A stretch of DNA of 63,644 nucleotides, counting the filler. It is 6 parts of 6 records of this genome, joined end to end, with 100 filler letters (N's around TTAATTAATTAA, not from the genome) between each part and the next. Parts side by side here need not be neighbours in the genome. Positions count along the whole stretch, not along the records: positions 25,743 to 34,879 come from SRR20825019_1258; positions 34,980 to 40,988 come from SRR20825019_1264; positions 41,089 to 54,065 come from SRR20825019_1271; 3 more parts are not named here. The stretch is one strand, 5' to 3'. The translations under genes and the position numbers were made by a program. This document shows positions 29,812 through 41,218 of the stretch, piece by piece; position 1 is the first letter of the stretch; every line of letters begins with the position of its first letter. Below the pieces are notes generated by a model. The model worked only from the letters and a program-made list of their open reading frames with translations, was not told the DNA's origin and made no database searches.

Positions 29812-29822
29812 GGAGTAAACCC

Positions 29823-30059
29823 ATGCCAAAGCGTATTCTGCAAGGAACTGTGGTCAGCAACAAAGGCGATAAAACCGTTGTTGTTAATGTTGAACGTCGT
29901 ATTAAGCATCCATTGCTTGACAAAATTATTCGACGCTCTAAGAAGTACCACGCTCATGATGAGAGCAACACTATTCAGGTTGGGGAGACAGTCCGCATTG
30001 AGGAATGTCGTCCTATTTCTAAACTGAAGACCTGGCGCGTAGTTGGCGGTGAGGCCTAA
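29823..30059 (+). CDS. rpsQ: 30S ribosomal protein S17
   Basis: GTVVS.K.DKT, ECRPISK.K.W. Confidence 0.98.
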   Translation: MPKRILQGTVVSNKGDKTVVVNVERRIKHPLLDKIIRRSKKYHAHDESNTIQVGETVRIEECRPISKLKTWRVVGGEA

Positions 30060-30106
30060 GGCCTCATCGTTTTGCTGTTCGCCGGTAATAACAAAGGGTG
30101 TAACCC

Positions 30107-30475
30107 ATGATTCAGATGCAAACCAACCTCGACGTGGCCGATAACTCCGGGGCCAAGAGGGTGCAGTGCATTAAAGTGCTTGGTGGTTCCAAGCGCAAAA
30201 CTGCTGGAGTAGGCGACATTATTGTCGTCTCCGTAAAGGAAGCGATCCCACGGGGCCGCGTAAAAAAAGGTGACGTGCACCGCGCTGTCATCGTTCGTAC
30301 TGCTAAAGAAGTGCGTCGTCAGGATGGTACTACCATTCGTTTCGACCGCAACGCAGCAGTGCTTGTTAACAAAAACCACGAACCAATCGGCACACGTATT
30401 TTTGGCCCGGTTGTTCGTGAACTGCGTGCAAAGAAGCATATGAAGATCATCTCGCTTGCACCGGAGGTACTATAA
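30107..30475 (+). CDS. rplN: 50S ribosomal protein L14
   Basis: [18 protein letters not shown]. Confidence 0.99.
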   Translation: MIQMQTNLDVADNSGAKRVQCIKVLGGSKRKTAGVGDIIVVSVKEAIPRGRVKKGDVHRAVIVRTAKEVRRQDGTTIRFDRNAAVLVNKNHEPIGTRIFGPVVRELRAKKHMKIISLAPEVL

Positions 30476-30793
30476 ATGGCCGCGAAACTGAAAAAAGGTG
30501 ACAAGGTCGTTGTGGTTGCCGGTAAAGACAAAGGCAAGCGCGGCGAAATCACGTCTGTACTGCCCGTTGAAGGCCGTGCGTTTGTATCGGGAGTGAACCT
30601 GATCAAGAAGCACAACCGCCCAACACAGACCAGTGCAGGTGGTATCGAGACGAAGGAAGCAGCAATTCAGCTCTCCAATCTGATGATTGAAGATCCGAAA
30701 GATGGCGCGCCTACTCGTGTTGGTTTCAAAACACTCGAAGACGGTCGCAAGGTTCGCTTTGCGAAGAAGTCCGGGGAGGTGATTGATGGCTAA
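30476..30793 (+). CDS. rplX: 50S ribosomal protein L24
   Basis: [16 protein letters not shown]. Confidence 0.98.
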   Translation: MAAKLKKGDKVVVVAGKDKGKRGEITSVLPVEGRAFVSGVNLIKKHNRPTQTSAGGIETKEAAIQLSNLMIEDPKDGAPTRVGFKTLEDGRKVRFAKKSGEVIDG

Positions 30794-31346
30794 AGCAACT
30801 AAGGCTCTGCCACGTCTTCGTAGCGTATACGAAGAAAAAGTTCGTGCTTCCATGCTGGAGCAGTTCGGCTACAAAAACCCGATGCAGGTTCCAAAACTGG
30901 ACAAAGTGGTTATCAACGTTGGTGTTGGTGAAGCTGTTCAGGACAAGAAAAAGATCGACAAGGTAGTAGAAGAAATCGCTGCTATCTCCGGTCAGAAGCC
31001 TGTTGTTACGATCGCTCGCAAGTCTATCGCTAGCTTTAAGCTTCGCGAAGGCATGCCAATCGGCGTGAAAGTAACGCTGCGCTCTGAGCGTATGTACGAG
31101 TTTCTTGACCGGCTGATTACCATTGCACTGCCACGCGTACGTGACTTCCAGGGCGTTAACCCGAAGTCATTTGACGGCCGCGGTAACTACGCAATGGGCC
31201 TGAAGGAACAAATCGTCTTCCCGGAAATCAACTATGATCAGATTGATCAGGTTCGCGGGATGGACATTATCATCTGCACCACGGCTCAGACCGACGACGA
31301 AGCGCGTGCGCTTCTGACCGGTTTTGACATGCCGTTCAAAAAGTAA
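30786..31346 (+). CDS. rplE: 50S ribosomal protein L5
   Basis: GQKPVVT.ARKSIA.FKLREG, FDGRGNY. Confidence 0.98.
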   Translation: MAKATKALPRLRSVYEEKVRASMLEQFGYKNPMQVPKLDKVVINVGVGEAVQDKKKIDKVVEEIAAISGQKPVVTIARKSIASFKLREGMPIGVKVTLRSERMYEFLDRLITIALPRVRDFQGVNPKSFDGRGNYAMGLKEQIVFPEINYDQIDQVRGMDIIICTTAQTDDEARALLTGFDMPFKK

Positions 31347-31370
31347 CGGCAGCCGAAGGAGGGTTTTGAT

Positions 31371-31676
31371 ATGGCTAAGAAAAGTGCCATCAACAAGAAC
31401 GCACGGCGTGAAAAGCTGGTTGCGAAATACGCTAAAAAGCGTGCTGAACTCAAAGAACAGATCTACAACAAGGATCTGGGTGAGGAAGAGCGCTGGATGG
31501 TTGTTATGCAACTGGCAGCACTGCCACGTAACAGCGCAAAGACGCGTGTTCGCAATCGTTGCGAAGTAACAGGTCGTCCGCGCGGTTATTATCGTAAATT
31601 TAAGATGTCTCGTATCGGTCTGCGTGAGCTTGGCTCCGCTGGCAAGATACCTGGCGTTGTTAAGTCAAGCTGGTAA
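31371..31676 (+). CDS. rpsN: 30S ribosomal protein S14 (101-aa, non-Zn type)
   Basis: [20 protein letters not shown]. Confidence 0.98.
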   Translation: MAKKSAINKNARREKLVAKYAKKRAELKEQIYNKDLGEEERWMVVMQLAALPRNSAKTRVRNRCEVTGRPRGYYRKFKMSRIGLRELGSAGKIPGVVKSSW

Positions 31677-31688
31677 GGGGGTAGGCTC

Positions 31689-32087
31689 ATGTCGATGACT
31701 GATCCGATCGGCGATATGCTGACCCGTATCCGCAACGGTCTGCAAGCTCGCAAAACTGTTGTATCCACACCTGCATCCAAAACGCGTCAGCGTATTTTGG
31801 ATGTGTTGCAGCGTGAAGGTTTCATCCGTGGTTATTCCCGGATTGAAGGCGAGGCCAATAAGGCTGAGCTGACCATCGAGCTAAAATATCACGAAGGTGA
31901 GCCGGTTATCCGCACGATCAATCGTGTGTCCAAACCTGGTCGCCGCGTGTATAGCTCGGTTCGTGACCTGCCACGCGTTCACAACGGCCTTGGTATTTCG
32001 ATCGTTTCCACACCGAAAGGTGTTCTCTCGGACGCAGAAGCGCGTGAGAACAATGTGGGCGGCGAGATCCTCTGCACCGTATTCTAA
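31689..32087 (+). CDS. rpsH: 30S ribosomal protein S8
   Basis: [20 protein letters not shown]. Confidence 0.99.
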   Translation: MSMTDPIGDMLTRIRNGLQARKTVVSTPASKTRQRILDVLQREGFIRGYSRIEGEANKAELTIELKYHEGEPVIRTINRVSKPGRRVYSSVRDLPRVHNGLGISIVSTPKGVLSDAEARENNVGGEILCTVF

Positions 32088-32101
32088 GGAAGGGAGAAAT
32101 C

Positions 32102-32635
32102 ATGTCCCGTATCGGTAAAAAGCCAGTGGCTATTCCGTCCGGCGTGACCGTTTCCTTGAACGGTTCGGACCTGACGGTAAAAGGCCCTAAGGGTGAGCTG
32201 GCGATGTCTTTTGTTCCTGAAGTAACTGTTGCTCAGGAAGAAAAAGGTATCGTTGTATCGCCTGTTAATGACACGAAGCGTGCCCGCTCCATGTGGGGTA
32301 TGCAGCGCACGATGATTTCCAACCTGTTTGAAGGCGTAACCGCAGGTTACTCTAAAAAGCTTCAGATCACTGGTGTTGGTTATCGCGCTGCTATGAAAGG
32401 CTCTGCTCTGAACCTACAACTTGGCTACAGCCACGATATCGATTTTCCGGTCCCACAAGGCATCAAGATTGAGACGCCTGATCAGACCACGATCGTTATC
32501 TCCGGCATCGACAAACAACAAGTCGGTGAAACGGCAGCCAAGATCCGTGAGTTCCGCAAGCCTGAGCCCTACAAAGGTAAGGGTATCAAGTACGAAGGTG
32601 AATATATCTTCCGCAAGGAAGGTAAGAAGAAGTAA
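32102..32635 (+). CDS. rplF: 50S ribosomal protein L6
   Basis: [17 protein letters not shown]. Confidence 0.99.
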   Translation: MSRIGKKPVAIPSGVTVSLNGSDLTVKGPKGELAMSFVPEVTVAQEEKGIVVSPVNDTKRARSMWGMQRTMISNLFEGVTAGYSKKLQITGVGYRAAMKGSALNLQLGYSHDIDFPVPQGIKIETPDQTTIVISGIDKQQVGETAAKIREFRKPEPYKGKGIKYEGEYIFRKEGKKK

Positions 32636-32638
32636 CGG

Positions 32639-33004
32639 ATGGCACGAATGGCTTCTAAGAACAAACTTTTTGAACGGCGCCGTCAGCGCAACCGCACTCA
32701 ACTTCGTAAGAAGAGTGTCGGGCGGCCGCGTCTTTCTATTCACCGTACAAACCAGCATATCTATGCGCAGATTATCGACGATGTTAAGGGCGCGACTGTT
32801 GTTGCCGCCTCCACCGCCGAGAAGGACCTGCGTGACGCTGCAACCTCTAATGTAGAGGCTGCAACGAAAGTTGGGAAATTGATTGCCGAGCGTGCTAAAG
32901 CTGCCGGCGTTGCTGAAGTAGTGTTCGACCGGGGAGGTTTCCTCTATCACGGTCGTGTTAAAGCACTTGCAGATGCAGCGCGTGAAGGCGGCTTGGCATT
33001 CTAA
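32639..33004 (+). CDS. rplR: 50S ribosomal protein L18 (start may be ATG 32648)
   Basis: [23 protein letters not shown]. Confidence 0.97.
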   Translation: MARMASKNKLFERRRQRNRTQLRKKSVGRPRLSIHRTNQHIYAQIIDDVKGATVVAASTAEKDLRDAATSNVEAATKVGKLIAERAKAAGVAEVVFDRGGFLYHGRVKALADAAREGGLAF

Positions 33005-33031
33005 GGTCAGAGATAAGGAAAAGGATGTCAA

Positions 33032-33613
33032 ATGGCACGCCCAGAACGCAATCGTGAAGAAAGTGAACTGATTGAAAAATTGGTTCACATCAACCGCGTA
33101 GCCAAAGTTGTTAAAGGTGGTCGTCGCTTCGGTTTCGCTGCTCTCGTAGTAGTCGGTGACCAGCGTGGCCGCGTCGGCTTCGGGAACGGTAAGGCACGTG
33201 AAGTGCCGGAAGCGATCCGGAAGGCAACTGAAGCTGCTAAGAAAAATATGATCCGTGTACCGCTTCGTGAAGGCCGTACGCTGCACCACGACATTAAGGG
33301 CCGTCACGGCGCTGGTCGGGTACTGCTGCGCACCGCTTCTGCGGGTACCGGTATCATCGCAGGTGGTCCGATGCGCGCAGTGTTTGAAGCACTAGGCGTA
33401 CAGGACGTAGTGACGAAGTCGCAAGGCAGTTCGAACCCATACAACATGGTTCGCGCAACTTTCGACGCTCTGGTTAACCAGAACTCACCGCGTCAGATCG
33501 CTGCCAAGCGTGGCAAAAAAGTTGCTGATATCGTAGCACGTCGTGGCGACATTAAAGTCGTCGGTGGTACGGACGAAGGCGACGATGCTGCAGAAGCAAA
33601 TTCGGCGGAGTAG
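33032..33613 (+). CDS. rpsE: 30S ribosomal protein S5
   Basis: [22 protein letters not shown]. Confidence 0.99.
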   Translation: MARPERNREESELIEKLVHINRVAKVVKGGRRFGFAALVVVGDQRGRVGFGNGKAREVPEAIRKATEAAKKNMIRVPLREGRTLHHDIKGRHGAGRVLLRTASAGTGIIAGGPMRAVFEALGVQDVVTKSQGSSNPYNMVRATFDALVNQNSPRQIAAKRGKKVADIVARRGDIKVVGGTDEGDDAAEANSAE

Positions 33614-33619
33614 TGACCA

Positions 33620-33811
33620 ATGGCTGCGAAGAAAAAAGCAACGATTAAAGTAACACAGATCGGTAGCCCGATCCGCCGTGAACAAGACCAGCGTGCAACG
33701 CTGGTCGGCCTCGGGCTTAACAAAATGCACAAGACACGCGAGCTGGAAGATACGCCAGCTGTCCGTGGCATGATCAACAAGGTGCACCATCTCGTGCGCG
33801 TTGAAGATTAA
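33620..33811 (+). CDS. rpmD: 50S ribosomal protein L30
   Basis: [22 protein letters not shown]. Confidence 0.97.
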   Translation: MAAKKKATIKVTQIGSPIRREQDQRATLVGLGLNKMHKTRELEDTPAVRGMINKVHHLVRVED

Positions 33812-33835
33812 GCCCGGCGTGATCGGAGAAGACGC

Positions 33836-34291
33836 ATGAAAATCAATGAACTTCGTGACAACGACGGCGCCCGTAAAGAGCGCACTCGTGTTGGTCGCGG
33901 TATCGGTTCCGGCAAAGGTAAAACCGCCGGTTCTGGTCACAAGGGTCAGAAAGCGCGTTCGGGCGTAGCGATCCACGGTTTTGAAGGTGGTCAGATGCCA
34001 ATCTACCGCCGCCTTCCTAAGCGTGGCTTCAAAAGCTTGAACAAAGGTGACTTCCAGGTGCTGAACATCGGCCGTCTACAACAGGCGATTGATGCGAAGA
34101 AACTGGACGCCAAGAAACCAATCACTGTTGAAACACTGGTGGAAGCTGGTGTTGTTGGCAAGGTTGTGGATGGCGTACGTCTCCTCGCGAAAGGTGAACT
34201 TAAAGCCAAGGTGGATATCACGGTAACGGGCGCATCCAAGGGTGCAATCGAAGCTGTTGAAAAAGCCGGTGGTAAAGTTACCGTCGCCTAA
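33836..34291 (+). CDS. rplO: 50S ribosomal protein L15
   Basis: [20 protein letters not shown]. Confidence 0.99.
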   Translation: MKINELRDNDGARKERTRVGRGIGSGKGKTAGSGHKGQKARSGVAIHGFEGGQMPIYRRLPKRGFKSLNKGDFQVLNIGRLQQAIDAKKLDAKKPITVETLVEAGVVGKVVDGVRLLAKGELKAKVDITVTGASKGAIEAVEKAGGKVTVA

Positions 34292-34349
34292 TAAAGCGAT
34301 ACAGGCCGAGATAACCGGAAAAACAGATAAGGGGCTGAGGTAAGCGTAT

Positions 34350-34879
34350 ATGGCTTCCGCTGCAGAACAACTAGCGTCCAATATTAGCTTTGCTTCCATC
34401 GGTAAAGCCGAGGAACTTAAAAAGCGTATTTGGTTCGCTCTTGGTGCACTTATTGTGTACCGACTATGCACTTATATCCCACTTCCTGGCATCGATGCAG
34501 ATGCCCTTGCGAATATGTTCGCGAGCATGGGGGGCGGTTTCATCGATATGGTGAATACCTTCTCGGGTGGTGCATTGCAGCGGATGTCGATCATTACGCT
34601 TGGTATCATGCCCTATATCTCGGCCTCTATCATCATGCAGCTCCTCACCACCATGAGCCCAACACTGGCTCAATGGAAAAAAGAGGGTGAAACGGGCCGC
34701 AAGAAGATCAACCAGTATACCCGTTTCGGTACCGTGCTTCTCACCATCGTGCAGGGCTATGCGGTTGCGACAGGCCTTGAAGGCCAGCCGGGCGTTGTGG
34801 TCGAACCAGGTTTCTTTTTCCGCTTTGTCACGGTTATTACGCTTGTAGGCGGCACCATGTTCCTGATGTGGCTCGGTGA
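34350..34879 (+). CDS. secY: Preprotein translocase SecY (5' part)
   Basis: [31 protein letters not shown]. Confidence 0.98.
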
Positions 34880-34979
34880 NNNNNNNNNNNNNNNNNNNNN
34901 NNNNNNNNNNNNNNNNNNNNNNNTTAATTAATTAANNNNNNNNNNNNNNNNNNNNNNNNNNNNNNNNNNNNNNNNNNNN
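34880..34979. other. Artificial contig linker
   Basis: N-TTAATTAATTAA-N. Confidence 0.98.
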
Positions 34980-35023
34980 TGCCTTTCTCACGTGGGAAAC
35001 CCGGTCTGCAAAGACCGAGCTAG

Positions 35024-35346
35024 ACAACTTTCCATTTCTTAAAGTATATAATTCTTATATAGACGGAAAGTTGTATACCAGTTCCGTCAAAGTTAGCTGT
35101 ACATCAATGCACAGCAGGAAGGATATCGACTGAACCCGGTTTCAGTAAAAGGAATAAGAGTGCATGGGGCGGATACATCGCTCAGGTCATCGCCGTCCTC
35201 AATAACTCATCCCAGATCACCCTCTGCTTCGGGGGAGGTGGCACACCGTGCGAACGAAATCACAACGTGCGGACAGCTTCAACAGCAAGGAAGATAACTT
35301 TCCATATCTAAAGTTGAATTTCTTATTTATAGATGGGAATTTATCT
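35024..35346. repeat. Two related ~50-55 bp self-complementary units (35024-35074 and 35292-35346)
   Basis: ACAACTTTCC...GGAAAGTTGT and AGATAACTTTCCAT...ATGGGAATTTATCT. Confidence 0.55.
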
Positions 35347-35575
35347 ACGTCCAAATTAGGGCAAATATGATTATCTGAAGATTATCACACAGCAGCAGCA
35401 CCGTCGGCAAATGAAAATACTCCGTTTCAATCCGGGGTTTCTCCCAAGGTGTTTGAGCAGCGCGTGGAGAAGTTCGGATGGATTTTCTCCGATGCTGGCG
35501 TCTCAGATATGCATGCTAGCGAATTGCTCCTGATCAGGCCTTGTCTCAAGGCCCAAAGCCATTCCAAGCATCCCA

Positions 35576-36836
35576 TCACACATCACCAACACGGTGGGGA
35601 GGGCCCGTGGATGCTGCGGCAAGCTCATCGACTTCGTCCTCGTCATACTCCAGGCACACCTCCTGGAAACGGACGCCCCCAGTCACCTTCCGTTGGGCAA
35701 TGGCGACTTGTCTACAGAAGCTGCTTCAGCCCTGGGGGCATGTGTGCGCACAGTACTACCACCATACCTGAGCAGTTCATCAGGGTCACGAGGGGTCAGT
35801 GATAGCATGCGACACCCAAAGCAGCTGTTGGCCACATTTTGCCGGAACATTACGCATCGTACCAGGCTGGACGTGTACCTGCGCGGTGTCGTGAGAAACT
35901 GGGTGAAGGGCGCGATGACAACACTAGTCGGCGGACTCACCAGTCGGTCAAAAACACAGACAGCCTATAGCGAACCCAGAGTGGTCCCGTGAGGGCACGC
36001 TCAGTCAGAGTATAGCCAAAGTAGGGGTGGTCCATGTGACACATGTCCACTATGTTCATCAAGGGCACATACACTGGTGCGAGCGGCCTGCACGATGCGG
36101 TCAGTCGTTGTGATAGCCTGCGCCCGGTAGTGCCATACCACAGGCGGCCCACCCTGAGCGAATCTTCATACACCATATACTTCACAGGGTAACGCCCCAC
36201 AAACAACCCAACTTCCAACATAGCGAGAATCTAAACGCCTAGTCAGTCGCCCTCGACAAAGACACCGCCATAGACTGCACTCACGAATGCACCGAAGCTT
36301 TGCTGGAGGCCCTGCACCAGCACGGTCATGGAGTACGGGAGCACCACCATGAACACGATGGCGGTGATATAGAGCGGGTCTAATCGTGCCCGCTGGGAGT
36401 GCAACAGCTGTCAAACACACTCCACTGGTCAATACCGATGCCCCACGCACACTGTGAACAACGACGCACCTCAGGCTCGCTGGTCTCGGCCGGTCCTTCT
36501 TCCGCAGCGGTATTGTCAGAGTCGTGCCTGAAGCAGAGCCACGTGAGATCCCTCGGAGAAACGATAGACTACATTCGCCCACCAGTCTACAATAAGTGGT
36601 TCGCTCATCCCATCTCCGCTTCGTTCAACTGTCCGCCTGCCGCTCCGCACCTCTCGCGCTGCGAGAGCCGCCGCGACACTGACAGGCTCTGGCATGTCCT
36701 CGCGGTGGGCCACGTGGGGTAGTCCGTCCTCTTGCGCTCCGCTTTCATTGCCGGAGAGTGGTGGTGCTGGCGTGGACGGTGTTACGCCTCCACTACTTGT
36801 GCTCTCAATGGGCAGGGCCTTATAGCGGTCACCCAT
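35576..36836 (-). CDS. Eukaryotic 7-exon gene, about 306 aa, two-TM membrane protein with possible PH-like domain. Exons 36836-36583, 36527-36470, 36407-36285, 36230-36139, 36087-35941, 35878-35768, 35711-35576
   Basis: Six GT-AG introns of 51-62 nt (donors GTGGGC, GTGCGT, GTGAGT, GTATGG, GTGAGT, GTATGG) join into one stop-free frame; hand-built model. Confidence 0.7.
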
Positions 36837-37663
36837 AAGACTGATTGTGCCTGGGTGACAGATAATCTATTCATTTTGTTACAGCGCAGGAAGCATTATT
36901 TCATAGCACGGAGGCTTGGTGCTTCTGGCAGGTTCTCCATAGCAATGACCCCGCAGGGTAGGACGCGAGAAGGGTGGACCCACCCGTCGTCGGCCGGGGG
37001 GCCATTGGAAATTTGGGCATGGCAAGGAGTGACCGCCTCGCGCGGGGCCCGGGCGGGCGCCCAGGCCCGCCGCCCCGTGGGCCGTCCGGTCACCACGCGA
37101 CTCAGCCGACGAAGTGGGACCGCGCCGACCATGGCGCGGCCGCCGCGCGGCGGGGCCGGCGCCGCCGGGGCCGCGCGTCACGGCTGCCCCGTGGGGAGCG
37201 TCGGTCAGAGGCGGCCGGGCGGCGGCTCACCGGGCCCGGCCCCCGGCCCGGCCGAGGGCCCGGTGACAGTGGAAGGCCAGGCGGCGGCCAGAGTCCGGCA
37301 AGCCCGGCCGTGGACACGGCCGTACCCGGGTCCGACCGGTCCGGTCCGCAGGCAACCTTTTAATTTGCTACTAAATTTAGAAAATATCACTTGTTCTGAA
37401 CTTCCCGCGCCGCCCGAAGGCGAGAGCCGTAGGCCCCGGCGCTGGCCAATCCTTGTGCAGGTCTTACTGCCCCAGGAATAGCTCGCCGTCCTTCAAAGTT
37501 TCTCAAAGAAAGACAAGCTATCACCCAGTCTTATATTGCCCCCCAACTTCAGAACAAATGCGATAACATTTGTAGTTTCTACACCGGAAGGTACTGGTTT
37601 AGGCACATGCACTGAGTACTCATCTGACCGTGTTCTTGCAGCGATCCCCATTTAGTTGAGTTC

Positions 37664-39616
37664 ATGAAAGCCCTCGCGGCTGTTTTATTTGTGCTCCTCA
37701 CCGTTGTCGTGCTACCGTGCTATGAATCAGTGAGGTTCTATGGGAAGATTAAGGCCCAAGACCCAACCCAGGTCGAGCGGAATCTTCACTTACGCACTCT
37801 AGGCCGGAGTTTACCTAAGTATGTAGTGAAGCACGTAGACTTGTGGACAAGGCGCTTGAACGAGGAATTGTTCACTAAGGCCCAAAGAATGGTGTCGAAG
37901 GACGGGAGAGTGCATGAATGTACGCATCCTCAACCTCCAACTATAAATCCTTCCGATTCAAATTTTTCGGACAGGCAACTGTTGGATATGGCAAGGCAAA
38001 ATGTACGAAAAGGGCGGGGAGGAAAGTCCGGGCCATGTTACAAAAGAAACGTTGCAAAGAGGACTGGTAGTGGCCAAATTGAGTGGATGGCATGCTTTGA
38101 GAGATTTGTTCGGCTTGAGGTACCATAACACCATCACCCACCCACCTTCCACTGTTTTAATATCACATAGAATTCCGCGCCGAACGCCTTTGGTGCCATG
38201 GTTGGCACCTCGGAGTGGGTCGATTATACCCGGGACAGCATAGTGAGAAGCGCGGGTGAGGATGGTAATGCCCTACCAGTATCTGTATATTATTCGCAGT
38301 TCTATGAGTCGAGAGGTAATAGCACACTAAATGCTGAGGTACATGTTTGGCTCCACGACAAGAATTGATCTTAATGCCAGCTTGTGGAATAGGTGCGTTT
38401 CATATGCGATGGGCTTCAATGGGGTCCTCGCGATGGTGTACCTCAAAATGTACCCCGGTTTGTGAGCTATCGTGAACACCAAAAAGGGAACCTAGTTTTG
38501 ACTTTCAGCATGCACACGTTGTGCAACCATCCCTCATTCGCAGCTATTAGCAACCCATCAATGTCAAGCATATTCTGCAGGTTCGTTTCACGTTCAGGAA
38601 CATTTTGTTTTCTTTGCTGATGGATTCATTAGCTGCATAAGCCAACCGGATAGGATGTATGAACATCGCATCTCGGGGTACGATCCTGATCCTTGGGCTG
38701 TTCCTGAAGGTATATGTTTTCTGACCAAGGGTTAGTGTAATGTACTTAGGTTCGTTTTCAGATTGGCACTACGTCGGGTCGACGGGGAGTGAGATACGTA
38801 GTTTCCCTGAAAGTCCTACTCCCATTCAATTTAGCACAACGTACTTCAACTGTCATGACTTAATTTTGTAAGCGAGCTAACTTTTTACCTCGAGGCAACA
38901 CACAATAGGCATCAGCAACACAGTTGGTATTTATGAAATTCATGCCAACCGCCAAACCATTCTAGGTTATCGAGTGGGAGCATGGGTGGCTGTCTTGCTT
39001 CAAAATCAAGAAGCCCCTTTCTGTCTACTTGTGACCTCTGAATCAGTATGTATTGCGACTTTTGATCTCATACGTCCCATCATGTAATATGATATCCAAC
39101 AGAAATCGATTCAGCCGTATCATGGGCTATGGCGAGATCCCGGGTCAACTTCTCCAATTCATACTTCATGGAAGCTACTTGATAACAACGATGGCACACA
39201 TTATCTTTTTGGTCAATCCTTAGAAGCAGGCATGGTAAATATGGTTAAGGTCTCTTTTTCATTTATATGCATAATATATCGCCGTAGGTTTTATCACAGA
39301 AAGAAAGAGGGGCTGCCTGCTTAGTGTCAAAAGTTAATGCAACAGTCTCGTGTCACACCAATGATCAAATATCTTGTGAGGCTTTCATATTAGGTGAACT
39401 TGTGGATACTAACAATAGTTATTTGGAAGATGTGGGGTCTGTCTTTGAATTTCCAGGAGTTTTATTTATGTTGTTCAACACAAGCAGCACAGCAGCTTTG
39501 CTGAGATGGAAAGGGCCTGGAAGGTGCGTAGGAAGGCTCTTGCATTGCCTATATTGAGTATAGGTATTATAGGGTTTTAGGTCATGCAGTTGGAAGGGGA
39601 AGGGTACCATCACTGA
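37664..39616 (+). CDS. Eukaryotic multi-exon secretory protein with an OS-9/PRKCSH-like MRH domain (3' exons tentative)
   Basis: Signal peptide; introns 38120-38170, 38339-38392, 38581-38632, 38710-38761 join EWMACFERFVR / YYSQFYE...AEVRFICD / SYREHQ...HTLCNHPSF...IFC, a spacing typical of MRH domains. Confidence 0.55.
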
Positions 39617-39949
39617 TTAAGTTGAAGCGGCGGGCCATAGCACTTGGTTAATTGTTATTCAATGAAAACACAGATTTTTTTAATATATCTTGTAAGTGAA
39701 TTTCATGATACGAACAAGACTATAAAGTATCAAGAAATATCAAAATATCATCAAAGAACTGTGTCAATATCTAATGGTCGGGACCTTGCTTGCCGCATAT
39801 TCAACATATCCATCCGATGATTTGTTTGGTTCGTACATACTGAGCTCGATTGTCTTAAGGTGGGTGGGGTGGTCCTCCGTCTCCAATGAGTAAGGTTGGT
39901 ATAGGAATGTATTTCATCTATTCACCATCATTTTCCCATGGACGCAAAA

Positions 39950-40605
39950 CTATAACTCATCTCTTTCCACCTTATGAAACTGAACGTGAAAGGATAGCCG
40001 TCAGAAATCACAAAACAGGCACCTAATATCTGATAATACCGTCATGGCAAGGCTATTGATACAATATCGGTTTCCAGTGGGAACTGGCCCATCCTCAAAA
40101 ACATGTCCAAGATGCGACCCACACTAGCCACACTCTCTAATTAGAAACAACCAGAACATTATTGCACAACTCTCTTTTACCTTGGTGCACCGTACCTCAG
40201 TACGGGGCGGGTGTCCCGGCAGAGAATTGTCCTCCAGAAGTTGAACAGAACCTGGGATGGCATCGAAGAAAGACGGCCAGCCTGAGCCCGAGTCATATTT
40301 TGTTGCAGAAGTGAACAAGTGGTTGCCACAACAGGCACACGCATAGTGACCATCTCCTTTTTCGGTCACCAAACTACCAGAAAACGCTCTCTCAGTACCG
40401 CACTCTCGCAATATGTTTAAGCGCCGAGGACCAAGCTTGTTCTCACAAGTGTACTCTTTAAGCTGGCATGAACCACCTATGAAGGACCATAAGTACCGAG
40501 TCAGTACTGTAGAGACTAGTTGTACATGCCTCCAAGTGATGACCCCGCGAAACAGGCGAGTAGGAACGCCGCCGTCACACACGTGGTAAGTGTTGTTGAT
40601 GCCAT
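39950..40605 (-). CDS. msrB: Eukaryotic methionine-R-sulfoxide reductase B, 4 exons (40605-40530, 40476-40181, 40123-40040, 39979-39950), 161 aa, signal peptide and C-terminal RDEL
   Basis: [53 protein letters not shown], final exon FHKVERDEL-stop; introns of 53, 57 and 60 nt. Confidence 0.9.
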
Positions 40606-40988
40606 TATTGTCATGCTGGCCAGCAAGGCATCCTTCCTTCGAATGTCTATTTTTGTAGTTTGGGCACTGGCGTTCAAGGATCTGAGAAAATACACTTCAC
40701 GCCCAGGGTACTCTGCGGAAAGGGTTAGTAGTCTTGGAAGAGCCCTGCCGGCGACCGCCGTGCTGGGGATTAGTCGCGCTACCACTCCTCGCTGAGAGAC
40801 CCTGAGCGACTGACTACTCCCCGACGGCCGGGTTCAACTGGTCGCCACGATTCGTCCGAAACTTGTTGAACACAGGAGTTAGTCTGTCTGACGGGAGTTT
40901 GACCGGCGCAGGAGTCGGGCACGGGCGTCCAGTCCCACGGAGCGGCCGCCGCGGGCGAGGAGCCGGGGGGGGGGGGGGGGGGGGGGGG

Positions 40989-41088
40989 NNNNNNNNNNNN
41001 NNNNNNNNNNNNNNNNNNNNNNNNNNNNNNNNTTAATTAATTAANNNNNNNNNNNNNNNNNNNNNNNNNNNNNNNNNNNNNNNNNNNN
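40989..41088. other. Artificial contig linker
   Basis: N-TTAATTAATTAA-N. Confidence 0.98.
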
Positions 41089-41218
41089 TCGACTTGCCGC
41101 AGCCGGACGGGCCGACGAACACCACGAACTCGCCATCGGCGATTTCGAGATCGATGCCGTGAACCGCCTCGACCTTGTCGTAGCGCTTCACCAGTTTTTC
41201 CAATGCGATTGAAGCCAT
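41089..41218 (-). CDS. Sugar ABC ATP-binding subunit (MalK/UgpC-like, 5' fragment)
   Basis: [16 protein letters not shown]. Confidence 0.9.

Noticed and set aside
35683-36836. Stop-codon readthrough, frameshifting or an alternative genetic code for the stacked minus-strand ORFs
   Set aside because: All breaks are explained by canonical short GT-AG introns
36732-37481. 249-aa Arg/Gly/Pro-rich ORF and overlapping ORFs
   Set aside because: Consequence of extreme GC content (few stop codons); no recognisable domain
40124-40582. Truncated bacterial msrB pseudogene or selenoprotein
   Set aside because: The missing catalytic part lies in downstream exons; the catalytic residue is encoded by TGT (Cys)
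40965-40988. Poly-G tract as a G-quadruplex or telomere
   Set aside because: It lies at the contig end and is typical of two-colour sequencing no-signal artefacts
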